The notes beneath the pieces were generated by a model. That model worked only from the letters and a program-made list of their open reading frames with translations. It did not search any database and had not been told where the DNA came from. A program made the position numbers and the translations under genes. From Armatimonadota bacterium (GTDB lineage Bacteria; Armatimonadota; SYMT01): a stretch of DNA of 64,000 nucleotides. This document shows positions 36,819-48,300 of this stretch, piece by piece; positions within the stretch are counted from its first letter, which is position 1; every line of letters begins with the position of its first letter. Where the stretch lies: contig JAWLHY010000018.1 in the NCBI GenBank assembly GCA_041690135.1, forward strand, positions 1 to 64,000, in the 5' to 3' direction.

Positions 36819-39800
36819 CTAGCGAGCAATCGAGAGCACAGCACTCCGGCTGGCGCCGCCGGTGCTCGCGGTGATGGTCACCTGGAGCGGTGTGCGAGTC
36901 TTCTTCGTCTTGATCTGGAAGCGCACTGACGAGCCCCCAGCACCGACGCGCACGTTCTTCGGAAACACCACCGACTTCGGCTGGTCCGCGGACAGATCGA
37001 TGGCCAGTCCATTCTTCGGCGCGGGACCGCTAAGCGTTACCACGGCCCAGACTGGTTTTCCGCCCTTCGTCCGCGGGCTCGCCAACTCCACACCCCGCTT
37101 GTTGGTGAACTTGAGCGACAGGATCGTGATCTGGGTCGTCGCCGAAGCAGTGTTCGAGAATGCCGAAGGACCGCTGCTGTTGTACGCCCTCACCCGGAAC
37201 TGGAACGTCTTGTTCGCCAGCAGGTTCGAGTAGACGTGACTGGTGGCACCCGCACCCAGAGTTGCTTCCTTGGAGAACTCATTGGAGTCGGGACCTTGAA
37301 CCCACACTTCGAAGCCTGCTGCTCCGCGCGTGACGCTCCAGGTGAGCCGGATGCTTCCGCTGGAAACTGCCTCCGCCTGGAGATTCAACGGCGCGGCCGG
37401 GAAGGTGAGCGCGTTGGCATTATTGGAGTACCCGGAATTGCCGCCGTTGTTATAGGCGCGCACCCGGAAGTAATAACGCTTGTTCGCTTCCAGCCCGCTT
37501 GCCGTGTAGCTGGTCGTGTTGGCCGCAACTCCACCGAAGATCTCGTTGAAGGTGAACCCGTCTTCCGACCGCTCTACGCGGAATCCGCTTTCGTTGTTCG
37601 CGCTATCGGTCCAGCTCAACGCGATCGTGCTAGCATCCACCGGTACCGCGGTGAGCCCTGTCGGTCCCGAAGGCGCAGCCGGGAAGGTGGTGGCGGTCGC
37701 GATGTTGGAGGCAGCGGATTCGCCACCCGCGTTGACCGCGATCACCCGGTAGTAGGCCGTCGTGTTGAGTGAAAGCGCGGTGTCCTGATAGGTGGTCTGG
37801 CCGGCACCGGTCGTCGCCAACTGGAAGAAGGGACCCACCTGCGAAGAGCTGCGCTCAACGCGGAAGCCCGTCTCGTTGTTGCTGTTGTCTGCCCAGCTCA
37901 GATTGATCTGCGTCTGGGAAACGGCGACGGCGGTCAATCCGCTCGGCGCCGCCGGCGGATCGGGCAGCGTTACAGCAGTCGACTCGTTGGACGCGTTCGA
38001 GTTCAGTACCGCGCCCTTCGCATAAACGCGATAGGTGTAGCTGGTGTTGCCCGCCAGCCCGGCGTCCTCGTACGTCTGCACGTCCGGACCCACGGCGTCG
38101 GTCACCAAAGTGTACGACCCGGCGCCCGTCTTCCGCTCGATGCGGAACCCGGTCTCGGTGGTGCTCGTGTCCGTCCAGAGCAACCGCACGGACCGGTTGC
38201 TCAGGGCGGTGGTGCTCAGGCTCGCGGGAGCCGCGGGAGCCGTGGTGGCGCTGGCGGTGTTGGAGTATTCCGAGTTACCGCCCTGGTTGGTGGCGAATAC
38301 TCGATAGGTATAGGTCGTGTCGGCGGCCAGCCCGAGGTCCGTCAGGGAAACCTGGTTGGTCCCGACCCGACTCACTACCGCGAAGTCCGTCCCGTTGGTA
38401 GACCGCTCGATCACAAACTCGGTCTCGTTGAGGGACTGGTCCGACCAGGCGAGAGTGATTTCATTCTGGCGGGTAAGAGTGGCGGTAAGCCCCACGGGCG
38501 GTGTCGGCGCCAACGGCAGTGTGCTGTCCGACCTCTGCGGCGTGTAGGCTGAGTCGCCGCCGCCATTGAACGCCTTCACCCGATAGAAGTAGGTTTTCGC
38601 GGGCATGAGGCCCGTGTGGACGAACTGTTCGCTATCCGGACCCAGGTTCGGAGTAATGGGAGTGAAGGCGTTACCGTCCTCCGACCACTCCACCGTGAAG
38701 CCATCTTCGTTGTTGGCGTTGTCGGTCCAGCGCAGGGTCAGGGACGTCTGCGTCTTCGCGACGATCCGCAGCAGGCTCGGGGCCGCCGGAGGATTGGGCT
38801 TGGTGGTGGCGCTTTCGACCGGCGTTGCCCCGGAGTCACCCCCCGCGTTGAACGCGACTACCCGATAGTAGTAGGTCTTTGCGGCCTCCAGCGTCCCATC
38901 CGCGTAGACAACGGTTGCTCCGGAGCCGGTCACGAACCCGACTGTGGCAATCGAGGTGAAGACCGCGCCGTCCGCGGACCGCTCAATGCGGAACCCGTCT
39001 TCATTGTCACTGCCGTCGGTCCACTCCAGTTGGATGGAAGTCTGGGACAGTACCGTCAGGTTGAGCGCCGAAGGATCCGCGGGGGGATCGGGAAGCGTGA
39101 ACGCACTGGCCTCGTCGGAGAAACCGGAAGGCCCGCCGCTGTTGGAAGCGTAGACGCGGTAGGTGTACAGGGTCTCGGGTTGGAGCCCGCTGTCGGTGTA
39201 CTGCTCTGCTCCCGGCGCAAGCGAAACGATGTCGGCGAAGGCGATGCCATCGTCACTTCGCTGAACCCACACTTCCGTCTCATTCGTGCTGTTGAGCGTC
39301 CAGGTCAGTGACACCTGCCGACCCTGCAGCGCGACCGCCTGCAAATCCGAAGGAGGTGCCGGCGGGTTGTCCAGCGTGGTACCGGACGCAGCGGGATCGG
39401 AGGGCGCACCGTCGCCACCCGCGTTGGTGCCGTATACGCGGTAGTAATAGGTGGTGAACGTCGCAAGCCCCGAGTCGAGGAAACTTACTGTCGAACCGGT
39501 CCCGGGCACCGAAGCGACGACGCCCGCGGGCGTGAAGACGGAGTTGTCCAGCGACCGCTCGATGCGGAATTCGGCTTCGTTGTCGCTGGTGTCGGTCCAC
39601 TCCACCCGGAGTTCGCTTTTTGAAACCGGCGTCACCGCGACGTTGGTGGGTGCGGTCGGGGGAAGCGGCGGCGTGGTGACCTCGACCGCATTCGAGAAGG
39701 CAGAGCCGCCCACCGCGTTGCGACTGCGGATGCGGTAGATGTAGGTCGTATTCGGGGTTACGGGCGCATCGAGGTAGCTGTTGGTGTTGGCGCCAATGTT

Positions 39801-42113
39801 CGCGCCCAGATCGGCAAATGCCTGGCCCGCGGTGCGACGCTCGAGGACGAAGTCCACCTCGTTGTCGCTGTTGTCGGACCAGGAGAGATCCACTTCGGTG
39901 GGCGAGAGCGCGATTGCCACCAGATCGCTGGGGGCCGCAGGCGGGCTGATCAGGCGTGCGACGAAGCTATCCGAAGTGCCGCCGAGCGTTCCGTCCAGCG
40001 GCAAAATGAGCGGGAAGTTGGCCGAGGTGGTCCGGCCTACCACGTAGGCACGACCCAGCCCGTCCACCGCAATACCCGTCCCGGCATCGTCGCCTGCTCC
40101 TCCGTAGTAGGTGGAGTACTCGAGCCCGGTGCCGCCCACGTTGAACTTTGTTACGAACGCATCGACGCCGCCGAACGGGCTGGTGCGGATCGCCTGCTCC
40201 ACCGGGAAGTTGGTGGAAGTTGTCGAGCCGGTGACGTAGGCCAGGAACGAGTTGTTGCCGGTGACACTGACGGCCACGCGGTTGGCGATATCGTCACCAT
40301 CGCCGCCCAGGTAGGAACAGTAGGTCTTGGCGGTTCCGGTGGAGTTGATCTTCGCGATGAAGCCGTCCGAAATGCCGCCGTTCCAGATCTCGTCAAAAGC
40401 GCCGGGAGTCGTTGGAAAATCGGTGGAAGTCGTGTAGCCGGTGACATAGGCGTTGCCGGAGTCGTCCAGGGCGATGCCGGTGCCGGTGTTCTCGCCGCTA
40501 CCCCCGAGGTAGCTGGAGTAGACGAGCTGGGAGGCAACAGGGTTGAACTTGGCGACAAAAGCGTCCGTGCTGCCCTGGTTGTCGGGTTGGAATGCTCCGG
40601 CGGTAATCGGGAAGTTGTTTGCCCGCGTAATACCCGTGATTGCGACATTCCCGATGGGATCGACGGCTACCGCGTTGCCGCGGTCCTCGCCGAGGCCGCC
40701 GAGGTATGTGCTGTAGACCAGCCCCGTACCCTCGGTATTGATCCGGGTCAGGAAAGCATCCAACGTGGCGCCGTTATCCGCATGCGCACCCTGGAAGGCA
40801 TTCTTGGTATTGAAGTCGGTGGAAGTCGTTTCACCGACGATGTAGCTGCTGCCAGTTGCGTCTACGGCGATACCGTTGCCGCCATCCTGTCCGCGGCCGC
40901 CGAGATAGGTGGACCAGAGGAGGGTATTACCGGCCGGGTTCAGCTTGAAAACGAACGCATCGCCGCTGCCGGCATTGTTCACCTGGATGGGCTGGACGAC
41001 GGGAAGATTCGTGGACGTGGTGTAACCAGTCACGTACACGTTGCGAGAGCCGTCGATAGCCAGGCCGCCATAGTTGGCACCGGATCCGTCCCGGTTCTCT
41101 TCCCCATTCCCGCCGAAGTAGGTGGAGAACACCACCCCGGAGCCCGTTGGGTTGAGCTTGTAGACGAAGGCGTCGTAACCGGTATTGTTGCCGGTCCCGC
41201 CCGGAGCGCCGGCTACCGGGAAGTCGTTGGAAAGGGTGAGCCCCGTAATGTACGGGTTGCCGTCCGCGTCGACCACCACGTCGGTCGTGAACTCTTCGCC
41301 GCTCCCGCCGAAGTAGGTGGAATAGTTAACGACGGGGTCGATTACCAGCTCGCGGCTCGGGTCATAGGCACCCAGCCGGAAAGTTACCTGGTTATCGGCC
41401 AGCAGCTGGTAGTCACCCTGGATCGCATGCTTGCGCCCACCTCGCACCTGGTAGACATAGGGTTTTTCCTGCTTGACGACGTCCGCTCCGGTATGGAGTT
41501 CCAGGCTGCCGTCGCCGCCCAGGGCCAGGCGGTCTACGCCGCTGTAGGAGAGACGAATGGCGTGCGGGTCGGCCTTGGGCGCCACAACGAAGTCATATTC
41601 CAGCCGGTTCTGGTTGCCGTAGTAGACGAGGTCCACGCCGGGATAGACCGCGTCGTAGCGCACCTTGCCGAACTGCGGAACGTCCGTCTTCCACTGTGAT
41701 GGATCATTGCCGAGGAAGTAGTTGCTCTTGCCGGGCAGCGGCTCGACCCCGCGGGAACGCGGCGAAGGCGCCGCGCCGACAAGCTTCATCCGCACGATGG
41801 CGGAGTTGGCCTTCTTCCGCGATTGCGTTTGCGGCTTGCTCAGGGCGAGCACCGCCTCGTTGGAGGTGAGATACAGCCCGTATCCTTCGCCCCGGGCCGT
41901 AAAGCGCACATCGGCGTCTGTCTGGCCATGGTTGGGCTCGAAAGCCATCGGGAGCCTCTGGTAGGCTTCCCTGACGGCCGTTTCAGTCCCCTCTGCCTTC
42001 TCCCGCGTTGCCTGGCGCAACTGCCCGGAGAACGTGCAGATCAGACCCAGCCCGGCAGCCGCCATGGCGCCGAACCAACGGGTAGTCGTCTTCGCGCTCA
42101 TCCTGATGCTCAT
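36819..42113 (-). CDS. Large surface protein: SBBP beta-propeller repeats, about 10 FN3 domains, basic C-terminal Ig-like domain (1764 aa)
   Basis: FEPNHGQ..; IDPVVNYSTYFGGSG; repeated YSTYLGG..D....IAVD; LxWxDxSxNExxF FN3 repeats. Confidence 0.88.
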   Translation of the reverse strand: MSIRMSAKTTTRWFGAMAAAGLGLICTFSGQLRQATREKAEGTETAVREAYQRLPMAFEPNHGQTDADVRFTARGEGYGLYLTSNEAVLALSKPQTQSRKKANSAIVRMKLVGAAPSPRSRGVEPLPGKSNYFLGNDPSQWKTDVPQFGKVRYDAVYPGVDLVYYGNQNRLEYDFVVAPKADPHAIRLSYSGVDRLALGGDGSLELHTGADVVKQEKPYVYQVRGGRKHAIQGDYQLLADNQVTFRLGAYDPSRELVIDPVVNYSTYFGGSGEEFTTDVVVDADGNPYITGLTLSNDFPVAGAPGGTGNNTGYDAFVYKLNPTGSGVVFSTYFGGNGEENRDGSGANYGGLAIDGSRNVYVTGYTTSTNLPVVQPIQVNNAGSGDAFVFKLNPAGNTLLWSTYLGGRGQDGGNGIAVDATGSSYIVGETTSTDFNTKNAFQGAHADNGATLDAFLTRINTEGTGLVYSTYLGGLGEDRGNAVAVDPIGNVAITGITRANNFPITAGAFQPDNQGSTDAFVAKFNPVASQLVYSSYLGGSGENTGTGIALDDSGNAYVTGYTTSTDFPTTPGAFDEIWNGGISDGFIAKINSTGTAKTYCSYLGGDGDDIANRVAVSVTGNNSFLAYVTGSTTSTNFPVEQAIRTSPFGGVDAFVTKFNVGGTGLEYSTYYGGAGDDAGTGIAVDGLGRAYVVGRTTSANFPLILPLDGTLGGTSDSFVARLISPPAAPSDLVAIALSPTEVDLSWSDNSDNEVDFVLERRTAGQAFADLGANIGANTNSYLDAPVTPNTTYIYRIRSRNAVGGSAFSNAVEVTTPPLPPTAPTNVAVTPVSKSELRVEWTDTSDNEAEFRIERSLDNSVFTPAGVVASVPGTGSTVSFLDSGLATFTTYYYRVYGTNAGGDGAPSDPAASGTTLDNPPAPPSDLQAVALQGRQVSLTWTLNSTNETEVWVQRSDDGIAFADIVSLAPGAEQYTDSGLQPETLYTYRVYASNSGGPSGFSDEASAFTLPDPPADPSALNLTVLSQTSIQLEWTDGSDNEDGFRIERSADGAVFTSIATVGFVTGSGATVVYADGTLEAAKTYYYRVVAFNAGGDSGATPVESATTKPNPPAAPSLLRIVAKTQTSLTLRWTDNANNEDGFTVEWSEDGNAFTPITPNLGPDSEQFVHTGLMPAKTYFYRVKAFNGGGDSAYTPQRSDSTLPLAPTPPVGLTATLTRQNEITLAWSDQSLNETEFVIERSTNGTDFAVVSRVGTNQVSLTDLGLAADTTYTYRVFATNQGGNSEYSNTASATTAPAAPASLSTTALSNRSVRLLWTDTSTTETGFRIERKTGAGSYTLVTDAVGPDVQTYEDAGLAGNTSYTYRVYAKGAVLNSNASNESTAVTLPDPPAAPSGLTAVAVSQTQINLSWADNSNNETGFRVERSSSQVGPFFQLATTGAGQTTYQDTALSLNTTAYYRVIAVNAGGESAASNIATATTFPAAPSGPTGLTAVPVDASTIALSWTDSANNESGFRVERSEDGFTFNEIFGGVAANTTSYTASGLEANKRYYFRVRAYNNGGNSGYSNNANALTFPAAPLNLQAEAVSSGSIRLTWSVTRGAAGFEVWVQGPDSNEFSKEATLGAGATSHVYSNLLANKTFQFRVRAYNSSGPSAFSNTASATTQITILSLKFTNKRGVELASPRTKGGKPVWAVVTLSGPAPKNGLAIDLSADQPKSVVFPKNVRVGAGGSSVRFQIKTKKTRTPLQVTITASTGGASRSAVLSIAR

Positions 42114-42308
42114 AGAGTCACTACTTCTTCTAAAGGTCTAATCCGTCCGGGCCGGAGCCGCGGGCTGCAGGTTGATTAGTCTTCTATGGATCGTTTTCCT
42201 GCCCCAGTTCCGCTCGAATGCTGGCTTGAGTGAAAAGGGGGAGGCGGGGAAGCCGGTAGCCAGGGCTGCCGGCTTCCCGAGATTGGGTGCTTCTCGATTC
42301 CGGACGGC

Positions 42309-45300
42309 TTACCGCCGCCCTTTCCGCGGTACGGTGCCGTTGCCCAGGAGTTGGACGTTGGCCCGAGAGCGTCGCGGGTCGGTGCTGGTAATGCGGAGCG
42401 TGCTCCGCGCCCGTCCTCTGGCGGCCGGCGTGAAGCTGACCGTTACTTCCACGAAGTCCTTCGGCTGCAGCAGGATGCTGACGGCCTGCGGGGCCTCTAC
42501 GTTGAACGGAGCTTCGACCGGGGTGTAGGCCACCATCAGCGGCGTGGTGCCGATGTTGGTCAGCCGCACGGTGCGGGTGGCGCTGCCGCCCACGAGCACA
42601 TTCGCGAAGTTCACCTTGGTCCGGGAGACTTTCAGCCGTCCGGAGCCCGGTGTTACGCCGGATGCTTCATTGGACGGGCTCGAGTCACCGCCCGCGTTGA
42701 ACGCAATCACCCGGAAGGTTTGCACGGCGCTGGTTTCCAGTCCGCCCACCTTCGTAGAGGTGACATTGGCACCCGTGGTGTTGACCACCGCGAACTGGTT
42801 CTCGCCGATCTTGCGTTCGACGCGGAACCCGGTCTCGTCGTTGCTGTTGTCCTGCCACTCCACCCGGAGGATGTCCGAACCCGCTACGAGCACGGTCACG
42901 TTGCTCGGCGCGGCCGGCGGGTTAGGCAGGGTCTCACCCTGGGCCTCACCCGACGGTGAACTGTCTCCGGTGGGGTTGCGGGCGATCACCCGGTAGATGT
43001 AGGTCGTACCCGGCACCAGGTTGGTGTCGGTGAAGGTAGTTACCCCCTCGCCCACCGATCCGGCCTGCGTAAAGGCCCCCTGTGCCGTGCGTCGCTGGAT
43101 GACGTAGCTGCTCTCCCGCTGGCTGTCGGACCACGTTACGACCAGTTGCGTCCGACCCGCGGGTGCTGCGGGCGTCGAGACAGTCACTCCGGCCGGGGTG
43201 CTCGGAAGATCGGTGAGGGTCGTGGCATTTGCTTCGTTGGAAGCAGGCCCGTCACCGCCCGTATTCTTCGCCCGGACGCGGTAGTAGTAGGTCGTACTTG
43301 CCGCGAGGCCGTTGTCGAAGTGCTCCGTGGCGTTGGCCGGCGCGGAGCCTACCGTCTGGAAGTTGCCCCCTTCCGGCTTCCGTTCGATAGTGAAGCCGGT
43401 CTCGCCGGTGACTGCGTCCGTCCAGTTCAGACGGATACTGCTGCTGCTAACCGCCGTGGCCTGCAGGCCGGTCGGGGACGTGCCCGGAGGGTTCGGTAGG
43501 GTTGTGCCGCTTGCCTCGGCCGTGGCCGCGGAATCGCCGCCTGCGTTCGTTGCGACCACCACGTAGAAGTAAGTGGTCTGCGGAGACAGGTTCTGATCCG
43601 TGTAGGTCGTGATGTTCGTCCCGACCGTGGCGTTCGGCTGGGCTCCGAAATTCTCGCCGGCAGTGCGACGGTAGATTTCGAAGCCGTCCTCGTTGTTGCT
43701 GTTGTCCTGCCAGGTCAGCACCAGGGAAGTGCTTCCCGCGGCGGCAGCGGCTACCGATCCGTTCGTGGGGACGGTCACCAGCAAGTTGCTGGGCGCGGCC
43801 GGCGGGTTCGGCAGCGTGGTGACGTTCGCCTCATTGCTGAAGCTGGAGACACCGCCATCGTTTGCCGCCTGGACGCGGTAGACATAGCCGGTGTTGGCGA
43901 TGAGGCCGCTCGTGTCCGTGAACTGCTCCAAATCGGCTCCCACGGTGCCCGCGAGGCTGAACGTGCCGCCGGAGGCGAGACGACGCTCGATCCGGAAGGA
44001 GCTTTCGTTGTCGGAGTTATCCTGCCAGGTGAGCAGCACGCTCGTCTGGCCCGTCGCCACGGCCGTCAGGCTGGACGGCGCACTCGGCGGGTTGGGATGC
44101 GTCCGGCCGCTGGTGCTGACGGCAGTCGAGTCGCCGCCGATGTTGCTGGCCACGAGCCGATAGTAGTAGATCGTGTCTACATTCAGGCCGTTGTCCAGGT
44201 AGCTCGTAGTGTTGGCGCCCAGAGTTGCGAGCGAGATCCAGGTTGTCTGGTTCTGCGACCGCTCCAGCTTGAAGCTGGTCTCGTCCGTGGAGTTGTCCTG
44301 CCACGTGAGCCGAATGCTGTTCTGCGACTGGCCCGTGGCGGTGAACAAGGACGGCGCCGCCGGAGCGTTCGGGTGGGTGGTGGCGGTGGCGGTATTGCTC
44401 GGGTTGGAGCTGCCGCCGCCGTTCCGCGCCCGCACCTGATAGCTATAGGCTGTGTTGGCGGTCAGGCCGCTGTCGCTGTAGCTGGTGCTGTTCGCAGCGA
44501 CGGTGTCGTGCTCGACGAACGCGCCCATGTCGTTGCGGCGGAAGATCACGAACTCGTCTTCGTTGCTGCTGCTGTCGGACCAGCTCAGCCAGATCTCCGT
44601 CTGTGACTGGGCCGTGGCGGTGAGGCCGGACGGCGCTCCCGGCGGGTTGGGAAGCGTAGTCGCTTGGGCGGTGTTGCTGTAGGCGGAGTCGCCGCCGCCG
44701 TTGGCTGCCCGCACCCGGTAGATGTAGAGCGTGTTGGAGACCAGCCCCTGGTCCGTATGCGTGACCTGGGTGTCCGCGCCCGGCGCCGTGCCCTTAGTGG
44801 CCACCTGCCGGAAGGTCACCCCGTCCGTGGAGCGCTCGATCTTGAACAGCGTCTCGTTGTCCGACTTGTCCGTCCAGGCGAGCAGGATGGACGTGGTCGA
44901 CTGCGCGGTCGCTGTCAAGGTCTCCGGAGCTTGCGGCGCATCCGGCGGCACCACCACCGTGGCTTCATTGGTCGAGCCCGTGGAGAGATCGCCGTTGGTG
45001 TTGATAGCGACGATCACATAGGTGTAGGTCTTGCCCGCCATCACGGTGTCGTCCGTGTAGGTGGTGCCGCTGGCGGCGGCGCGGTCCGTCAGGATAAGGA
45101 ACGAATTACTTCCCTCCTTCCGCATAATGCGGTTCCCGGAAGGGTTCGCGCCGTTATTGTCCGTCCAGGCCAATTCCACCCGGCGCGGGTTGGTCTGCAG
45201 CGAAGCCGTCAGCCCGGAAGGGTTCGCGGGGAAGGTGAGGTCGCTGGCAGGTCCGACCCACGCGGATACGTTGTTGTTCCGGGCACGGACGCGGAAGACG

Positions 45301-48300
45301 TAGCTCGTGTTTGGGTTCAGACCGGTTGCGTCGAACGTTACCGTCTGGCCCGTTCCGGCGGACACCTGATTGACCGTGCGAGTCGAGGCAGTCCCGCCCT
45401 GCGGGGTTACTTCTACTTCGAAGCCGGTTTCGTTGGAGGCGTTGTCCGTCCAGGTCAGGCGCACGACGCTGGCGCTGGTGGCGTTGGCGTCGAGGTTGGA
45501 CGGGGCGGCCGGAGGCGTCTGCAGCGTGGTGCCGCCCGCTTCACGGCTGGGAGCACTGTCGCCGCCGTTGTTGAACGCATACACGCGGTAGGTGTAGGTC
45601 GTGTTCTCCGTCAGGCCGGTGTCCTGGTAGGAGTTGCTGTTTACCGGCAGACTGGTCGCACCTGCGAGCGGAGCAAAGGTGCCGTTGATGCCGATCTTCC
45701 GCTCGATCCGGAAGCCTTCTTCGTTGTTGGCCGTATCGGTCCACGCCAGGTTGATCTGGCTGGAGGAGATCACGGTGGCGGTCAGGCCTTCCGGTCCGGT
45801 CGGCGGGACCTTCAGGGTGGTGGCGCATTGCGTATTGGAGACGTCGCCGTTGCCGCTACCGTTGGTGCCGATCACTCGGTAGCAGTATTGCGTGTTCTCC
45901 GTGAGCCCGGTGTCGGTGTAGGCGTTGACGCCCGCCTGCGCCGTACCGATCTGCGTCCAGCCGCTCATCCCGTCCGGCGAACGTTCGACGCGGAACTGGG
46001 TGGGCGCGAAGCTGTTGTCGGTCCAGGTCAGGTCGATCTCCGTGCGACCGCGGCGAGGATTGCCGGTGGTCGGCACGGTAGCAAGCAGGTTGGTGGCCGC
46101 TGCAGGCAGCGTTAGCCGGTTGCCGGTAATGGCAGCCGAGTTGCCGCCGGGGTTGGTGGCCATCACCCGGTAGAAGTAGGTGCGGTTCCCGTTCAGGTTC
46201 GTGCCACCGTTGTTGTCGTCGACGGTGGTCGTGCCCGCCGGAAGGGTGGCGACGAGCGTCCAGGTGGACTGGTCGGTGGACCGCTCCACGCGGTGCGCGG
46301 AAGTAGAGCCGGGTGCGTTCGCGTCGGTGAAGGCGATCCGCAGATTGGTCGTCGGGGCGATATTGGTGATCAGGAGAGCCTGCGGCACCGACGGCAGCGT
46401 CCAGGCGCTGTCCACGTTGCTGTTCGCCGGCGAGTCGCCTCCACCATCGCAGCCGGCCGGAGCCGTGTTGAACGCGCGGACCCGGAAGAAGTACTGCGTG
46501 TTCGGCGTGAGGCCCGTCACCTGGAACGACTTCTGTCCGCCGGCAGGCGTGTTCCCGTCGTTGGCCACGAACGTCCAGTTGCTGCTGCCATCGGGAGATC
46601 GCTCGATCCGGAAGTTCGAGGTAGTCCCAGCGGGATTGTTGTCGTCCCAGGTGAGGTCGATCACCGTTTGAGAGGTGGTGGCCGCATCGAGGTTGCTGGC
46701 ATTAACGGCCTGGGTCAGCACGCAGTCGGTGTTGCTGGGTTGCGCGTCGCTATCCCCCACCCCGTTGTTCGCGAATGCGATGACGCGGAAGTAGAAGACC
46801 GTGTTCCGCTGCAGGCCGTTGATCGTGGTTGTTCTCAGGCCGGTGGCCGGAACCTCTGCGGGTTGGGACGTGTAGGTGGTCGTCAGGGTCCAGGGGCCGC
46901 CCGCCGCGAGAGCCTGTTCGATCTTGAAGCCGGTCTCGTCCGTGCTGTTGTCCGTCCATTCGAGGTTGGCGGCGTCCGGAGGCGTCAACGTTACGCTCAG
47001 GTCGCTGGCATCCTGCGGCGGATTCGGCAGCGTGGTCGCGGAAACGGTCGATGACAGCGGCCCATCGCCACTCTGGTTGTAGGCGCGAACCTGATAGTAG
47101 TAGGTGGTGTTGGCGGCCCGCCCGCCGTCAGTGAAGCTGTAGACTTTATCGAACGGAGCCGTGGTGTCGGTCAGGTCCGGTCCCTGGGTATCGGTTCGGA
47201 TCAGGTTAAATGGCCCGCCCGGTGCGGTGGCTCGATAGAGCTTGAAACCGACCTGGTCTTGCGCGTTGTAGGTCCAGGTCAGGTTGACCTGCGAGTTGGT
47301 AGCCGTAGGAGCATTGAAGACTGGCTGAACCGTAGGTGCGGTGGGTAGGGTCGTGCCCTGGACCGGACCCAGGATCGCCGAGTCGCCCGCCGCATTGTTT
47401 GCGCGGATCTGGTACTCGTAAGTCGTATTCGGCGCCAATCCGGCACCCGCGTTATCATCGGTGAACGTCCGTGCACCGGTGCCGGGCCCGTTTGTCGCAT
47501 CCGAGAGGATATTTGCGATCTGCATAAACGAGGTCGCCGGCGTGGTGATCCGACGCCGCTCGATGATGAAACTCGCCTCGTTGTTGCTCGCGTCGTTCCA
47601 GTCCAGTTTCAACCGCTGCGTATCGATCGGCGTCACTACCAGGTTCGTCGGCGCCGCCGGGGGTTCCGGCAGGGTGGTAACGGTCAACTGGTTGGAATAG
47701 GGTCCGTAGAAGGTCGTGTTGACATTCGCGACAACCGCCCGGTTGAAAGGTCGGACCCGGTAAGTGTAGGTCGTGGTTGCGACGAGCCCAGAGTTCGTGT
47801 GGGTGACGGTATTGGCAGTGTTGATCGTGGCGACAACCTGCCAGGGGGAGGCGCTGCTCTGGTCACCCAGCTTTCGTTCCACTTCGAATCCGCCTTCGTT
47901 ATCACTGTTGTCAGTCCACGCCAGGCTGATGAAGTGGTTTCCGCCGTTGTTACCGATCGCGGTGGTGATCAGATTCGAAGGCGCGAAGGGGGGGGAGTGA
48001 TGCTGGGCGACAAACACATCCGCCACCGGCATGAGTTCATACCGGCCGTTGAGGGGACCCTGCTGACCGTTTCGGTAGGTAAAGAAGCTTGTGGGCAGAT
48101 CAAGAGACGCCGTGGTGCCGGCGATGTAAGCCTGCCCATTGCTGTCCACGTCGATTCCCAGGGCGAGATCGTCGGGAGGACCGCTCCAACCTGCGCTGCC
48201 GCCGAAGTAGGTGGAATACTCGAACTCCGCACCGTTCGGCCGCAGCTTAGCCAGGAAACAGTCGACACCTCCACGCAGGTCGTTCTGCGAAGGATTGACC